The notes beneath the pieces are model-generated. The model did not search any database, was not told where the DNA came from, and worked only from the letters and a program-made list of their open reading frames with translations. Of a DNA stretch of 57,972 bases, positions 57,071-57,972 are shown in pieces; within the stretch, counting starts at the first letter, position 1, and each line of letters opens with the position of its first letter. The stretch lies in assembly GCA_024256245.1 (NCBI GenBank), contig JAKLZD010000035.1:1-57972 (forward strand). Direction: 5' to 3'. Made by a program: the position numbers and the translations under genes. This DNA comes from Candidatus Methylarchaceae archaeon HK01M. Lineage in GTDB: Archaea > Thermoproteota > Nitrososphaeria > Nitrososphaerales > JACAEJ01.

Positions 57071-57385
57071 TTACTTAAAATGCTCTACCTTGGGTTTTGC
57101 CCTCTCCTTCTCGTCCTTCTCCGTGACGTCTCGGTCAAACTCAAGGAAATCTAGAGCAAACTGTTTTAGCTTATCGAAAAAGAGCTTGAGCTCTTCTTCT
57201 TCAAATTTACCCATCTTCATGGGATTCGATAACCATTGCATCCATCCATTTATGCTTTGATTTAACGCTAAGAGTGACTGGATACATCCCTCTACGTATC
57301 CAAGGCGGTCTTTCGGCGCCAGATTCTCTAGCGATTTTTTACGCTCTCTGATCATATCCCCCCAGCTTCGATCTGTCATATTCAT
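57071..57385 (-). CDS. Hypothetical protein
   Basis: 104-aa ORF with clean boundaries and a helical, charged composition. No family was confidently recognised. Confidence 0.4.
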   Translation of the reverse strand: MNMTDRSWGDMIRERKKSLENLAPKDRLGYVEGCIQSLLALNQSINGWMQWLSNPMKMGKFEEEELKLFFDKLKQFALDFLEFDRDVTEKDEKERAKPKVEHFK

Positions 57386-57498
57386 AGATCCTTATTTGTA
57401 TCTAATAGATAATCCTAACGTTAAAATATTTTGGTATATCACAAAAAATAATTAAAGAGATTCTTTTAGAGTTCAATCTTATCTTACTCCTTTGTCTC

Positions 57499-57813
57499 TT
57501 AACTTTTTGGAACTGGTACATCATGAATCCAGTGAACATCATAGAAAAATTCTGTTTCCTCTATACAAATTATCACGTAAAATGGACTGTTCCTACGTAT
57601 TTTGCAACGCTTCATAATAAAGCCAGGACATTTAGTCATATGATTTTGTATCCTTGAATATGGATCGGAGGCTTCAGCCATCACCCATGATATGATCCAA
57701 CCTTGACTAACGTAAGTATTCTTATTCAACCAGTCCAAAGCTCTTAAAGAATGAGAAAAAACGAGTTGAACTATACCATATTCTAGATTCATACAAAGGT
57801 TTTGAAAAGACAC
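57499..57813 (-). CDS. Hypothetical protein
   Basis: 104-aa ORF with no recognised motif. The start may be internal (MNLEYG). Confidence 0.3.
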   Translation of the reverse strand: MSFQNLCMNLEYGIVQLVFSHSLRALDWLNKNTYVSQGWIISWVMAEASDPYSRIQNHMTKCPGFIMKRCKIRRNSPFYVIICIEETEFFYDVHWIHDVPVPKS

Positions 57814-57817
57814 GAAT

Positions 57818-57972
57818 TATGCTGGACAAGGAATCTATCTGGGCTAGTTTAGAGGGCGTCTTAGGTGAAGAGGCAACAGTGGCTTTGCTGAACATCATAA
57901 ATTGGGCTCCAGAGGAATTAGAAGAAATAACTCGTGAAGTTGAAGATGATGAAGGAAAGAGTGAAATAAGAA
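57818..57972 (+). CDS. Hypothetical protein, 5' fragment (runs off the right edge)
   Basis: From the ATG at 57818: MLDKESIWASLEGVLGEEATVALLNIINWAPEELEEITREVEDDEGKSEIR, open to the end of the window. Confidence 0.3.

Overview
This window is archaeal chromosomal DNA of roughly 38-40% G+C. Lineage markers point to a TACK-type archaeon: both PolD subunits, Orc1/Cdc6, an Elf1-like zinc ribbon, SepF, an Sm protein, aCPSF1, ether-lipid genes (GGGP synthase, G1P dehydrogenase) and a tRNA with non-canonical introns; the exact lineage cannot be fixed from sequence alone. Positions 1-36.5 kb are housekeeping genes. They hold a replication cluster (PolD large subunit, candidate oriC, orc1/cdc6, PolD small subunit), two proteasome beta genes, aRF1, ValRS, and the conserved block rpl6-rpl32e-rpl19e-rpl18-rps5-rpl30-rpl15-secY-adk-DUF106-cmk-cbf5. 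Positions 36.5-56.7 kb are a compositionally mosaic surface-glycan island. It carries five GT4-type and one GT2 glycosyltransferases, two SDR epimerases, GalU, Ugd, a polytopic membrane protein, two GC-rich foreign-looking blocks, and a divergent pair of about 680-aa double-module glycosyltransferase paralogs. The strongest lead is that paralog pair. The genes are only about 50% identical at protein level and differ in G+C, yet they share a 53-bp stretch at 52/53 nt identity. Because the genes diverge, this stretch forms an inverted repeat around both start codons and the shared promoter region, suggesting a gene-conversion tract or an invertible promoter and 5'-end swap. Other leads are a candidate oriC with ORB-like repeats, a tRNA-Leu(CAA) that folds only after removing two non-canonical introns, a GC-rich SnoaL-like gene with an in-frame TGA next to that tRNA, an rtcA lacking a canonical start codon, an aRF1 reading YIKS where NIKS is expected, and a proteasome beta paralog lacking Thr1. 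No CRISPR array, rRNA, transposase or integrase was recognised. All family assignments come from motif recognition by eye; no database search was run.
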